The notes beneath the pieces were generated by a model that saw only the letters and a program-made list of their open reading frames with translations, was not told the DNA's origin and made no database searches. Below, in pieces: positions 41,119 through 50,339 of a stretch of DNA of 64,000 nucleotides; the stretch's first letter is position 1; every line of letters starts with the position of its first letter. The DNA is from a virus: the IMG/VR virus record IMGVR_UViG_3300043468_001540, positions 37,995 to 101,994 of that record; one strand, written 5' to 3'. A program made the position numbers and the translations under genes.

Positions 41119-44100
41119 TTAGGCAACCATTGTTGACCCTCCGCCCCCTCCAACAACTGGGGCCTGTTTAATATTTAGTTTTTCCATAACAGCAGCAATT
41201 TGTTTCTTTACTTCTGCTATTTGGGTATCGAGTTGCTGATTAATATTATTAACTCCATCTACATTTACAGCTAAATCTACGCTTACATTATTTGTTTGAG
41301 ATGTTCCTCCGGTTGCGCCCGCGCCCGCCGCAGGCCCGGCATCTTTTGATCCATCTTTCGTATTTGTATTTTGCCCAGCTGAGAACTTATCAACAAGGGC
41401 TTGGTTCCAAGTGCCAAGATTTGTATTTAACGACTTTATCTCAGACCCAAGAGAGCTAACAGCGTCACCGCCAATCGTTTCAGTTTTAACAGGAGTAATT
41501 GGAGCCCCTGTCACCGACCCAGTTGTGGCCGGTGCATTTTTACCAGTTGTAAACTTATCAACAAGAGCTGGATCGTAAGTACCATCATTTACTGAAGGAG
41601 TAATTGGTTTAGCGTCCACCTTTGTCGCTGGAGCCGTGGTAACTGGAGGAGGTAAAGGTGGTAAGCCGCCACCACCTGGAGCCATTCTTGCGGCAGTAAC
41701 TGGATCTGAAAAAAAGCTACGAAATACATTAACTACCTTATCCATGAAACCTTCTGGGAGAGGTTCTGCTGGTTTTGGGGCTTCTGGTTTTTCCGGTTCC
41801 GGGGGGGTAGGAGGAGGGGTATTGAGTATATCAATAATCGATTGAATTTGACTAGAAATACCACTTAACGCAGCATTAGAACTTTGTTGTTGACCCTCAA
41901 ATATTGATTTAAATGCACTTATAGTTTTTTGGTCTCTCGCCTCCGCTTCTTTTTGAGCGTCAGCTAAGCCTGGAGCGGCTTTTGCCACTTGTTTTTCCGC
42001 TGCGGCCTCGCTCTTATCGGCATTTTTGTCAAATTTCTTTTCGTCCATTGTTCCGGTTAATTGAGCCATTTGATTTTCCGCAATCCCGCGAACACCTCCC
42101 GGCTGACTAGTCAGGGATTTAATCATACTTTCAATAACACCTTTAGCAGTACCACTTTCTGTAGTAGACGCCATATTCTTTAAAGATGCGATTTTTGCAT
42201 TTATATCTTTTTCAATAGTATCTACTCCTAATTTATATTCTTTACTATTAGCGTCCGGTTTATACAATCCGCCGCTCATGTCTTGCATAGATTTTATTAA
42301 TTGTAAAATATTCCGACCCCCCTCTTCCCCCATTTCTTCTTTACCTTTTTTATAAATATAACCACCTGATCCCGAATTTGTAGCTTCGAAGGAACCTGGC
42401 CCCTGTTTTACATTTTGACCAATTTTTTGTAGTATATCATTTACAGGTTGCGTAGATTCTTGGGCCGCTGACATAAACGGATTTTCATCAATTGGATTTA
42501 TTACCGAATCTGCGCCGCCAAAAACTTTTAAAGATTTTTGCAAATTCTGCATCGCAACTTTTTGAGTGGCTTCTTTTGCGACTACTTGGGTTTGTTGTTT
42601 AGCCGTTTGATTTGTAGCTACTATACTCGAATTTGCAGCATTAACCGCGTTTGTAACCTGAGTTGAGAATGCAGCTTGATCTTGAGCAGACAGTCCCAAC
42701 TCACTTGCAATTTTTTGTAATTCAGATATAATAGCGGAATCATCTATCAACCCACCCTTTTCATCTCTTGGTTTTAAAAGTTCTGAAATCTTTGACCCCA
42801 AATCAGTATTAAGAGTGTTAAGAAGATTTTGAAACCCCCCTCCAGCTTGGGCTAAATCAAGCGCACTTTTCGTTCCTGATTTTTGTCCATAGCTACTAGC
42901 TCCTATTGCTGATAATAAATTATTTATAGCTCCTCCGCCCCCGCCCTCTTCGTCGCCCTTGTCAGAAGCGTCTGAAATTGGTTTTAATAAATTTTGTAGA
43001 ATACTTTCTTGTAACTCTTGCCCCGTAGCTTGATTTGTGGATTCGCGGGTACTAGATATCTTATTTAATTGAACATCTATAGTTTTTTTCAAACTTAAGG
43101 CGGAGTCTTCCCCAGTTAAAGCCACGGCTCTTTCTTGGCGACCGGAAAGAGAACTTGAGGTCCGACTTTTCGAAAAGTCCATTTCAGATAATTTATAAGA
43201 ATTCATAGTCTTATTAAAATTTAAGATATTATCTGCATTTTTTTGTAATATTGCCGCCGCCTGTTGAACCTCTTTAGTAAGAGTTTGCTTTAACTTGTTA
43301 AAAGCGTTCTCAGCAGATTTATCCACACCATCTATAATATCCGCCGTATCTTCAAATTGTTGAGCTGTTTGTTCTAGCGCTTGATTTAGAAAACCAATTG
43401 CCCCAATTAAACTTGTGTCAGCTAAGCCTGATAAAGCTTTTTTAATCGGTTCTCCTATATTTAAATTTTGGAGTGTTTCGTCGAACTTTTGGCGAGAATC
43501 TACTGTTGATAATTTGTTACCTCTAACTTCCTCAGCAGACTTAAATTGTCCGGATGCCATCGAAGTTTCCGCAAATTTAGATTTAACAAAAGTATCTTGT
43601 TCTTTACTTTTAAAAGACACTCCAAATTGTTTCATAAAACTCTGACCAACATCACCGAAGTCTTGGGCTAATTTTAAATCAGCAAATTCCTTAGCCTTTT
43701 TATTAGAAATTGCCGCTAAAGCTTCTGAGGCTTTATTTAATGATCCTGCGGATAATACTGATTTTTTTTGTTCTTCGGTAAGTCCATTTAAACTAGCAGC
43801 AAAATTCTTTCTAGTTTTATTTATCAACTCTTGATTATCACCCGCCAGTGCGTTTTGATAATCTTCATAAGCTTGAAGAACTGTAGATGCCCCATTATTT
43901 AATTGATTAAGCTCTTGAGATGATTTTAGAGCTGCCGCTGAAAGTTCTGGCATATCGGTAGATAATTGTCCGATTATATCTGGTAAAGACAATAAAGCGC
44001 CAGCGGCGGCACCAAGCCCCGCGCCAACAAGCGTCCCAGCTCCAGGGGCAATTGCACTACCTATCATCGCACCAGTTCCGGCAAAAGCCCCGATTTGCCC

Positions 44101-47100
44101 AACAGAACTTGCGGCTGAAGCGCCAACACGTCCAGCTTTAGAATTTTGTGGGATACTATTTGCTATCGTTTCAGCAATAACTGGAGCGGCAAAAGCTAAA
44201 GGACCCCCGGCCCCTTTTAAGCCAGCTTTCAATTTCATTGAAGTTGGCACCTTGCCGTCTACTTTAGTGTTTTTGATTTTATCAAAAGTTTCTTTTGTTA
44301 TTTCGCCTGCATTCAACTGATCCCTAGCTGCTTGCCTGTTAGCTTTAGCCATTTCAATAATAGATTTTTGATAATCTTCTTTATTATAATTTAAATAAAA
44401 AGCTAAACTTCCAAGCTGGGTTCCCACTGCCGCTAAATTAGCCGCTAATGAAGGCCCTTCATTTTGAACGGCTTCAGTGGTATTTTCTACTTGACCAGTT
44501 AAAGATTGCAATGAACTATTAAATTTATCAACAGTCCCTGTCGCCGAAGCATCTGCGCCATTTGCAAAATTCGGAATATATCCTTTTGATTTATTTCTTA
44601 TAGCTTTATTTTCAGAAGTAACCGACCCCTCATCTCTTTTATTAAAAACGCCAAGTCCTGTAGGATTAGCGCCCGAAACAAGGGCATCTTTCTGTGCTAC
44701 GTATATTTGGCTTTTAGGCAATCCAGACTCTTGAAGTTCCCGCCCAATCGAATCACTCAAAGCATTAGCAAAATTAGGAATATAACCTTCAGCTGCATTG
44801 GGTATTCCATATTTTTGTGGAAAAATTCCACTTAATTTTTTAATAAATTTAGTTGGTAAATATTGTTTTAATTTTTGGTATTTATCGCGCTGTTCTCTTA
44901 GCCCTTGAATTTTAACTGCAACTTCTTCTGGGGTAGTCTTTGTAATACGGGATGGTAAGGTCGATAATTCTGCTAAAATTGGATCTAATCTTTTATCTAA
45001 TTTTGAATTAATTCTACTTAAAATTTCTGGAAAAACATCGGCACGATTTTTTATATTTGGACCAATTTGATTTATAGTTGAGATTACATGGTCGGCAAAT
45101 ATTTTAGAAATTAATTTTGAGTCTCCAGCTAATATAGCCGCTCTAGCGTCAGTGCCACTAATACCCTCGGTTCTTTCACCAACATTTACTTTATATCCAG
45201 CATCTTTATATTTTTGAAGATCTTTTTCTTGCTTGTCCGAACCAACAAAAGCCATACTACCACTTTTAGCGGACAAGAATTTTCTTCTTTTACCCACGGG
45301 ATCAACTTCAAGCATTTTAGGTATAGTGCCGCCAGTAAAAAGATCGGAATTAGCACCAATAACATTAGCACCTGTAAATGTTTTCTTTGCCAAGTATTTT
45401 CTTGTTTTTTGATCGAAAATTGCAGTTCTAAAAGAATGTGGATCTTTTGGGTCTATTTTACCCCCCTCTTTTGAAACAGCTACAATAAAATCTTCTGGGG
45501 AAATACCCTGCTTTTTGGCCATTTCCATCATATCTAAATGACCCCTAGTCGAAGGAGAAAAAGCACCATAAGAAAGACCAATTTGTTTCTTTTCTACCAG
45601 CGGTAACTCATCGCCTTTTTTCCTTTTTAATTTAAAATTTTCATTTATACCCATCACCCTTGTTTTATTCGGGCCTAGAACTGAAAGCGCCATTGCTTCA
45701 ATGTAACCACTATCTAAAGAGGCACCTTGGGATGTACCAGCGGAGCGACCAAAAGCAGTGTTAGATTTACCTTGTAAAATTTGAGAATCTCTTAAGTCGC
45801 GTCTTCTTTTAATTTCTTTTTGCTCTTCTGGAGTAGAAGAAGACATAATCATTAATCTATCTAAACCAGACCAATATCCACCTTCTAACGCTTTTGTAGT
45901 TCCAACTAAAGAAGCCCTAGTGTCAATTATTTCATCAACTCTTCCAATATCTTTTGGTGTAATAATTGGAATTCTTTCCGTTTTACGAGCTTTAGCATTA
46001 TCGGCTTTTTCCGCATTTTTACCGCCTAGCATCATAGTGCTTTTGCCAGCGCCAGGAACGCCGAAAATTCCAGTAAATTTTTTTATAGATCCGGATTTTC
46101 TAGCTTTTTTTGCCATGTCGCCTAGATACTTATGATATTCTGGCAACCCACCTTTTAATCCTAATTTTTTAATTTCTTCTGCGACCGTGGCTTCATATCT
46201 AGGATCAGATAAAACATCCCCGTCTAAATATCCGACTCTTCTATTTGCAAAATTTGGAATGTACCCACTCGCTCTAGATTTCCAAAATTTTAAAGCACTC
46301 GCCCCTTTAGGGGTAGATGCGAATTTAGATAATTTAGAAAAATCATCTTTAGTGTAACCAGCGGACTCAAATTGAGGCTTTACATAATCCCAATCTCCCA
46401 TTTTTAAGGCGTCTAACGTAAATGACCTTCCAAAGCTAGTACCCAAAGCTTTTGATAAATTTAATACTTTGTCTTTTCCTTTTAATGGAAAGCTCATTGG
46501 GGTCATAAATTTTTCTAAACCAGTAACATTAACCCCAAGTTTTTGCGCAGCCTTTATATAAGCCTCATCTTTTAATCCAGACCCCTCTTTTAACTTCTTA
46601 GTAATATTGGAATTTACAAGGCTTGCTCTTTTTGAAACTTCTTGAATTAGATTTGGATTGGCAAAATTAGGAATATATCCAGCCGCTTTAGATTTTACTT
46701 TTTTACCCTTTTTCCCCTCAACGGGTGGAGCTTTAAGATATCCATCAGTAAGACCCTTCCTAATAACATCATAGCCTAAAGATTCGGAATACTTTGCCTC
46801 ATAATCGCCTGGCATATTATTAAACAACGATCTCAACTCGGGATTTGGATTAACAAAGTCAATAGTAGCGCTAGCGCCACCTTTTCTTGCCGCTTGTGCA
46901 ACGGTCGAATTTGTTGCCTGTGTTACGGCTGTTTCAAAAACTGTCCCAGCTATACTGTTTAGTGAACCAAGATTCGCTAGTTCATTTGGGCTTGAAATCT
47001 TAGACGTGTCACTTCCAAAAAAACTAGTATATCTATTTGTATAATCAACTACAAATTTGCCAAGACCATCCACAAGATTTTCCTCTTCTGGCTGTATAGC

Positions 47101-49272
47101 TTTTTTAGGATTAAACCCACCCGCGTTTATCCTCGCCTGATACACTTGGTTTTTCGGTCCGAACTGCCCATCCTTATCTTTATACCTAGGTTCTATCTTT
47201 TTATAAGAATCTGACTTTTTACCATAGATAAGACCTAATCTTTCCGTGCCACCAAGATCTACGACTTCTGGTTTTACTGGGGACGGCGCTTTAGGTCTAG
47301 ACTCCCCCAAAGCAGCGTTAACTTTTTCTTTACCATAGGCGCTAGATAACTGTGATCGACTATAAGTGCCCTTTTTAAAACCCTCAACTGCTGTTTCGAA
47401 TGGTACATCTTTACCGATTGCAGCAAAATTAGGAATATAACCCATTGCCATAGACATGGATTTTTGCATGTCTCTGGTTAAAATTGCAGTTTCTCCACTC
47501 CCGCCGAAATTTGGAATCAGCTTTTCACCACTATTAATAATAGTAGGTTCGCCATTAATATTAAACGGGCCAATTGGTTTATCATTAGATTTAGCGCCGC
47601 CAACTCCACGTTTTACGTCACGAGATTCTTTTGAGAAGGCAGGAATATAGCCATCAGCTTTTGTTTTCGGCGTTTTAACTGTAGGAACGCCTTCATTAAC
47701 TCGAACTCCTTTTGAATATAAACTAGAAGCGATCTTGGCACTTAATTGTGACTGTTTTTGTAATTCTAAAGTTTGTAATTTAAAACTATTCAATAATTGC
47801 AAGGCGACTTCATTTACAGAAACAGTGCCTTTCATCATTGATTGCAATAATTTAGGATTTTGACCTAATATCGCATTAATACTTTTTTGAATATCAGCTT
47901 GTTGTTTAGCCGATGTATTTAAATTTAAGACTTCTTTAATACTACCTTTAGCATAAACAGTAAAATCTTTTAATAATTTTATTAATACTCCGCCTATAAG
48001 AGCCAAACCTGGACCAGCTATAACTTGAGCCAAGCCGTCAATAATACCTTTTCCTAAAACGGCACCGTAACTATTACCATCAGCTTCATTTGCGGTTCCC
48101 AAAATACTATTAGCGCCCCCAACTACTCTTTCAAATGTTGGGCCTAATAATCTCTCACCAACAGATGCAGATAATTGTTTTGCATTTTCTTTTAAAATAT
48201 TTAATTGAGCTGCGTATGTTTTATTTAACTCCTCATTTCTCTGTATAGCCTGATCAGTTGATGCAGCCGAAACTTGTAACGCTCTATTATAAATAGAGTT
48301 TTCTTTACCGAGATCTTGCAAAGTGGCTTTTAAAATGTTTATTTGGAAAACGCCACCGACAGCCTCAGCCACGGCCGCCTTTTGAGTCGTTCCAAGTCCC
48401 TCATAAACATCCGATAAATCTTTAAGTAATTGAACTGTATTTTTAAGTTTTCCACTTGCGTCCGTTGTACCTACCCCTAAGTTTTCTAAAACATCAATAA
48501 CTTTTTGTCGCTCCAATCGAGTAAAAATTGTTTTAAAAGAGTTACCAATTACAGATCCACCACGAGCGGTAGTTTGTTGTGCCGAAGTAACTAATGCAAT
48601 TAATTCGTTTAAGCTAACTCCAGATTGTGCGGCACTACTACCAACTCGACTAATAGCCTCAGCTAAATCAGCCGAACTTACGGCGAAAGCTGCGTCTACG
48701 TTAGCAAATTTATTTACAATTTCAGTACTATTTACCGCTTCGGAAGCAAAAGAGTTAATTGACGCAGTAAGAGAATCAACAGCTTTGGCGGCGTCTAAAC
48801 CACTTAATCTTGATAAAATTAAAGCGTCACTAGTTCTTTTAAGTGTCTCTGTAACAGAAAGCCCCTGTCTAGAAAATTCTGTAGCGGCAACCGCTACTTG
48901 ATCAAAAGACTGTCCAGTATTTTTGGCGATACTAAAAAGACCGTCTCCAAAAGCGGCTATTTCTTTTGTAGATACGTTTAAAATAACATTTATATCTTGA
49001 AGAGATTTTTGAACATTAATAGTGCTTTGAACCAGTTCGTCCATTGCGGTTTTAACACCAAAAATAATACCAGCACTAGCTCCGAAAGCCAAAACGCGAG
49101 CATTCGAAGCGTCTAAAGATTTATTAAACTCAGAAACCTGAGATGTTATTCTACCAAGCGGCTGAGAACCTTTTGTATCAATTTTTATCGAATAACTTTT
49201 AGCAACAGTTTTTCTAATTTCATTCTCTAACTGTCGAGTATCTCCAGCAATATTAAGTTTAATGTCCGCCAT
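41119..49272 (-). CDS. tail tape measure protein (TP901/PhageMin_Tail-type core) with internal enzyme cassettes
   Basis: N-terminal IAKNTGQSFDQV...EFSRQG...AVSSADLAEAISRVGSSA...GGSVIGNSFKTIFTRL is the classic TMP core. Follows the tube and chaperone genes; has a glycine-zipper hydrophobic region and central GYIPNFA-delimited modules. Confidence 0.92.
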   Translation of the reverse strand: MADIKLNIAGDTRQLENEIRKTVAKSYSIKIDTKGSQPLGRITSQVSEFNKSLDASNARVLAFGASAGIIFGVKTAMDELVQSTINVQKSLQDINVILNVSTKEIAAFGDGLFSIAKNTGQSFDQVAVAATEFSRQGLSVTETLKRTSDALILSRLSGLDAAKAVDSLTASINSFASEAVNSTEIVNKFANVDAAFAVSSADLAEAISRVGSSAAQSGVSLNELIALVTSAQQTTARGGSVIGNSFKTIFTRLERQKVIDVLENLGVGTTDASGKLKNTVQLLKDLSDVYEGLGTTQKAAVAEAVGGVFQINILKATLQDLGKENSIYNRALQVSAASTDQAIQRNEELNKTYAAQLNILKENAKQLSASVGERLLGPTFERVVGGANSILGTANEADGNSYGAVLGKGIIDGLAQVIAGPGLALIGGVLIKLLKDFTVYAKGSIKEVLNLNTSAKQQADIQKSINAILGQNPKLLQSMMKGTVSVNEVALQLLNSFKLQTLELQKQSQLSAKIASSLYSKGVRVNEGVPTVKTPKTKADGYIPAFSKESRDVKRGVGGAKSNDKPIGPFNINGEPTIINSGEKLIPNFGGSGETAILTRDMQKSMSMAMGYIPNFAAIGKDVPFETAVEGFKKGTYSRSQLSSAYGKEKVNAALGESRPKAPSPVKPEVVDLGGTERLGLIYGKKSDSYKKIEPRYKDKDGQFGPKNQVYQARINAGGFNPKKAIQPEEENLVDGLGKFVVDYTNRYTSFFGSDTSKISSPNELANLGSLNSIAGTVFETAVTQATNSTVAQAARKGGASATIDFVNPNPELRSLFNNMPGDYEAKYSESLGYDVIRKGLTDGYLKAPPVEGKKGKKVKSKAAGYIPNFANPNLIQEVSKRASLVNSNITKKLKEGSGLKDEAYIKAAQKLGVNVTGLEKFMTPMSFPLKGKDKVLNLSKALGTSFGRSFTLDALKMGDWDYVKPQFESAGYTKDDFSKLSKFASTPKGASALKFWKSRASGYIPNFANRRVGYLDGDVLSDPRYEATVAEEIKKLGLKGGLPEYHKYLGDMAKKARKSGSIKKFTGIFGVPGAGKSTMMLGGKNAEKADNAKARKTERIPIITPKDIGRVDEIIDTRASLVGTTKALEGGYWSGLDRLMIMSSSTPEEQKEIKRRRDLRDSQILQGKSNTAFGRSAGTSQGASLDSGYIEAMALSVLGPNKTRVMGINENFKLKRKKGDELPLVEKKQIGLSYGAFSPSTRGHLDMMEMAKKQGISPEDFIVAVSKEGGKIDPKDPHSFRTAIFDQKTRKYLAKKTFTGANVIGANSDLFTGGTIPKMLEVDPVGKRRKFLSAKSGSMAFVGSDKQEKDLQKYKDAGYKVNVGERTEGISGTDARAAILAGDSKLISKIFADHVISTINQIGPNIKNRADVFPEILSRINSKLDKRLDPILAELSTLPSRITKTTPEEVAVKIQGLREQRDKYQKLKQYLPTKFIKKLSGIFPQKYGIPNAAEGYIPNFANALSDSIGRELQESGLPKSQIYVAQKDALVSGANPTGLGVFNKRDEGSVTSENKAIRNKSKGYIPNFANGADASATGTVDKFNSSLQSLTGQVENTTEAVQNEGPSLAANLAAVGTQLGSLAFYLNYNKEDYQKSIIEMAKANRQAARDQLNAGEITKETFDKIKNTKVDGKVPTSMKLKAGLKGAGGPLAFAAPVIAETIANSIPQNSKAGRVGASAASSVGQIGAFAGTGAMIGSAIAPGAGTLVGAGLGAAAGALLSLPDIIGQLSTDMPELSAAALKSSQELNQLNNGASTVLQAYEDYQNALAGDNQELINKTRKNFAASLNGLTEEQKKSVLSAGSLNKASEALAAISNKKAKEFADLKLAQDFGDVGQSFMKQFGVSFKSKEQDTFVKSKFAETSMASGQFKSAEEVRGNKLSTVDSRQKFDETLQNLNIGEPIKKALSGLADTSLIGAIGFLNQALEQTAQQFEDTADIIDGVDKSAENAFNKLKQTLTKEVQQAAAILQKNADNILNFNKTMNSYKLSEMDFSKSRTSSSLSGRQERAVALTGEDSALSLKKTIDVQLNKISSTRESTNQATGQELQESILQNLLKPISDASDKGDEEGGGGGAINNLLSAIGASSYGQKSGTKSALDLAQAGGGFQNLLNTLNTDLGSKISELLKPRDEKGGLIDDSAIISELQKIASELGLSAQDQAAFSTQVTNAVNAANSSIVATNQTAKQQTQVVAKEATQKVAMQNLQKSLKVFGGADSVINPIDENPFMSAAQESTQPVNDILQKIGQNVKQGPGSFEATNSGSGGYIYKKGKEEMGEEGGRNILQLIKSMQDMSGGLYKPDANSKEYKLGVDTIEKDINAKIASLKNMASTTESGTAKGVIESMIKSLTSQPGGVRGIAENQMAQLTGTMDEKKFDKNADKSEAAAEKQVAKAAPGLADAQKEAEARDQKTISAFKSIFEGQQQSSNAALSGISSQIQSIIDILNTPPPTPPEPEKPEAPKPAEPLPEGFMDKVVNVFRSFFSDPVTAARMAPGGGGLPPLPPPVTTAPATKVDAKPITPSVNDGTYDPALVDKFTTGKNAPATTGSVTGAPITPVKTETIGGDAVSSLGSEIKSLNTNLGTWNQALVDKFSAGQNTNTKDGSKDAGPAAGAGATGGTSQTNNVSVDLAVNVDGVNNINQQLDTQIAEVKKQIAAVMEKLNIKQAPVVGGGGGSTMVA
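44563..47652 (-). repeat. dispersed peptide repeat GYIPNFA inside the tape measure gene
   Basis: Exact copies at 47422-47442, 46660-46680, 46246-46266, 44767-44787 and 44563-44583; degenerate GYIPAFS at 47632-47652 and LIPNFG at 47503-47520. Confidence 0.95.
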
Positions 49273-49319
49273 ATATTATAATTCCTTTTCCTTATTATTC
49301 AATTGAATACAATACATAT

Positions 49320-49325
49320 TTACAC
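49320..49325 (-). promoter_or_regulatory. GTGTAA leader motif (representative copy; candidate phage late promoter)
   Basis: The same hexamer (TTACAC on the plus strand) lies upstream of starts at 10463, 29632, 35792, 49320, 51443, 55111 and 58804; the ATGTAA variant at 7128, 52663, 57946 and 60797. Confidence 0.6.
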
Positions 49326-49327
49326 AT

Positions 49328-50338
49328 TTATCCACCTTCCCTAGCGCTTAAATAATCATTTTTTTCTATAATACCACCATTCTCTTTAGCAAGTTGTAAT
49401 AAACTTTTTCCCTTAATTTTTTCAATTTTTACGCCCATATCTTTCAAATCATTGTTTGTCGCTCCAACGTAACTAGAAACATTATTATTAGCGTCTCTAT
49501 TTTTCTTTATAGACCCTTGTTTTCCATTTTGTTGCCCATCTATGAATGAAACAAATTTTTCTGGTTCAGATAGAATTTCATCCGGGATAGCTTTTCCTAT
49601 CTCCGCTCTATTTTTAATAAAATTTCTATACATCTTTCCATATAAAAGTAAATTACTTTGATATCTCGTACATTTAAACAAAGGCGCTCCCCAAAAATCC
49701 ATAGGATCGCTTGAAATAAAAATTAAGTTTTGAAAAAAACCTGTAGCGGCTAAGCACTGGATTCTTTTCTCGGAAAGATTATCATTAATAATATAGAATT
49801 TATCTTTTATCTTTTGTAAATCGATAACATCTTCTCCCTCAATCGAGCTATCTTCAAAAAGTTTCTGAGTGAAAGAGCTGTCTTTAAAAACATGATTTTT
49901 AATTAAATCTTCGTTTGATCGAGATTCCGCATAGTCTTCTGCCGTATAACCAACTATTTCGCGCCGATCTTTCGTATAAGATAAAAGAATATAATTATTT
50001 TTATCTATTTGTTTTTGTATTTCTTCTTTTTGTGAGGTATAAAGTAATTTATCTTTTGTTTTAGCTAGGTTCCTAAGGGTAATTTTTAGAAAGTCAATCC
50101 TTGATTCGTTCTCAGATGACCACCAATTTCCATCAATAGCGTCCTTAATTTTATCAGCTTCTTTAAATAAACCAATAGCAAGCGCTTCTTGTAAATATTT
50201 ATCATAGCATTTAACGCTATTAAAATATTCATTTATAGATAAATGCTTAAAATAAATTATAGTTTGATCAATTTCTTGAATAGAAAAGCCATCACATATT
50301 TCAGAATAGAGCTTTCCATATTTATCTTGATCATTCAC
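49328..50338 (-). CDS. putative tail assembly chaperone (TMP-proximal)
   Basis: Position between the tube and TMP genes; helical and charged; GTG start. Confidence 0.5.
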   Translation of the reverse strand: MNDQDKYGKLYSEICDGFSIQEIDQTIIYFKHLSINEYFNSVKCYDKYLQEALAIGLFKEADKIKDAIDGNWWSSENESRIDFLKITLRNLAKTKDKLLYTSQKEEIQKQIDKNNYILLSYTKDRREIVGYTAEDYAESRSNEDLIKNHVFKDSSFTQKLFEDSSIEGEDVIDLQKIKDKFYIINDNLSEKRIQCLAATGFFQNLIFISSDPMDFWGAPLFKCTRYQSNLLLYGKMYRNFIKNRAEIGKAIPDEILSEPEKFVSFIDGQQNGKQGSIKKNRDANNNVSSYVGATNNDLKDMGVKIEKIKGKSLLQLAKENGGIIEKNDYLSAREGG

Positions 50339-50339
50339 A

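Noticed and set aside
44788-46245. Specific call of PAPS synthase for the kinase-NTase cassette (same domain order, and a sulfotransferase is present)
   Set aside because: It lacks the ATP-sulfurylase QxRNPxHxxH motif and APS-kinase signatures. GAFSPSTRGH is closer to CoaD/NadD/phage cytidylyltransferase-like proteins, so the substrate is left open.
44563-47652. Inteins or mobile DNA insertions as the explanation for the TMP cassettes
   Set aside because: No C/S...HN intein termini, LAGLIDADG motifs, terminal inverted repeats or transposase. The boundary motif is conserved as peptide with synonymous variation.
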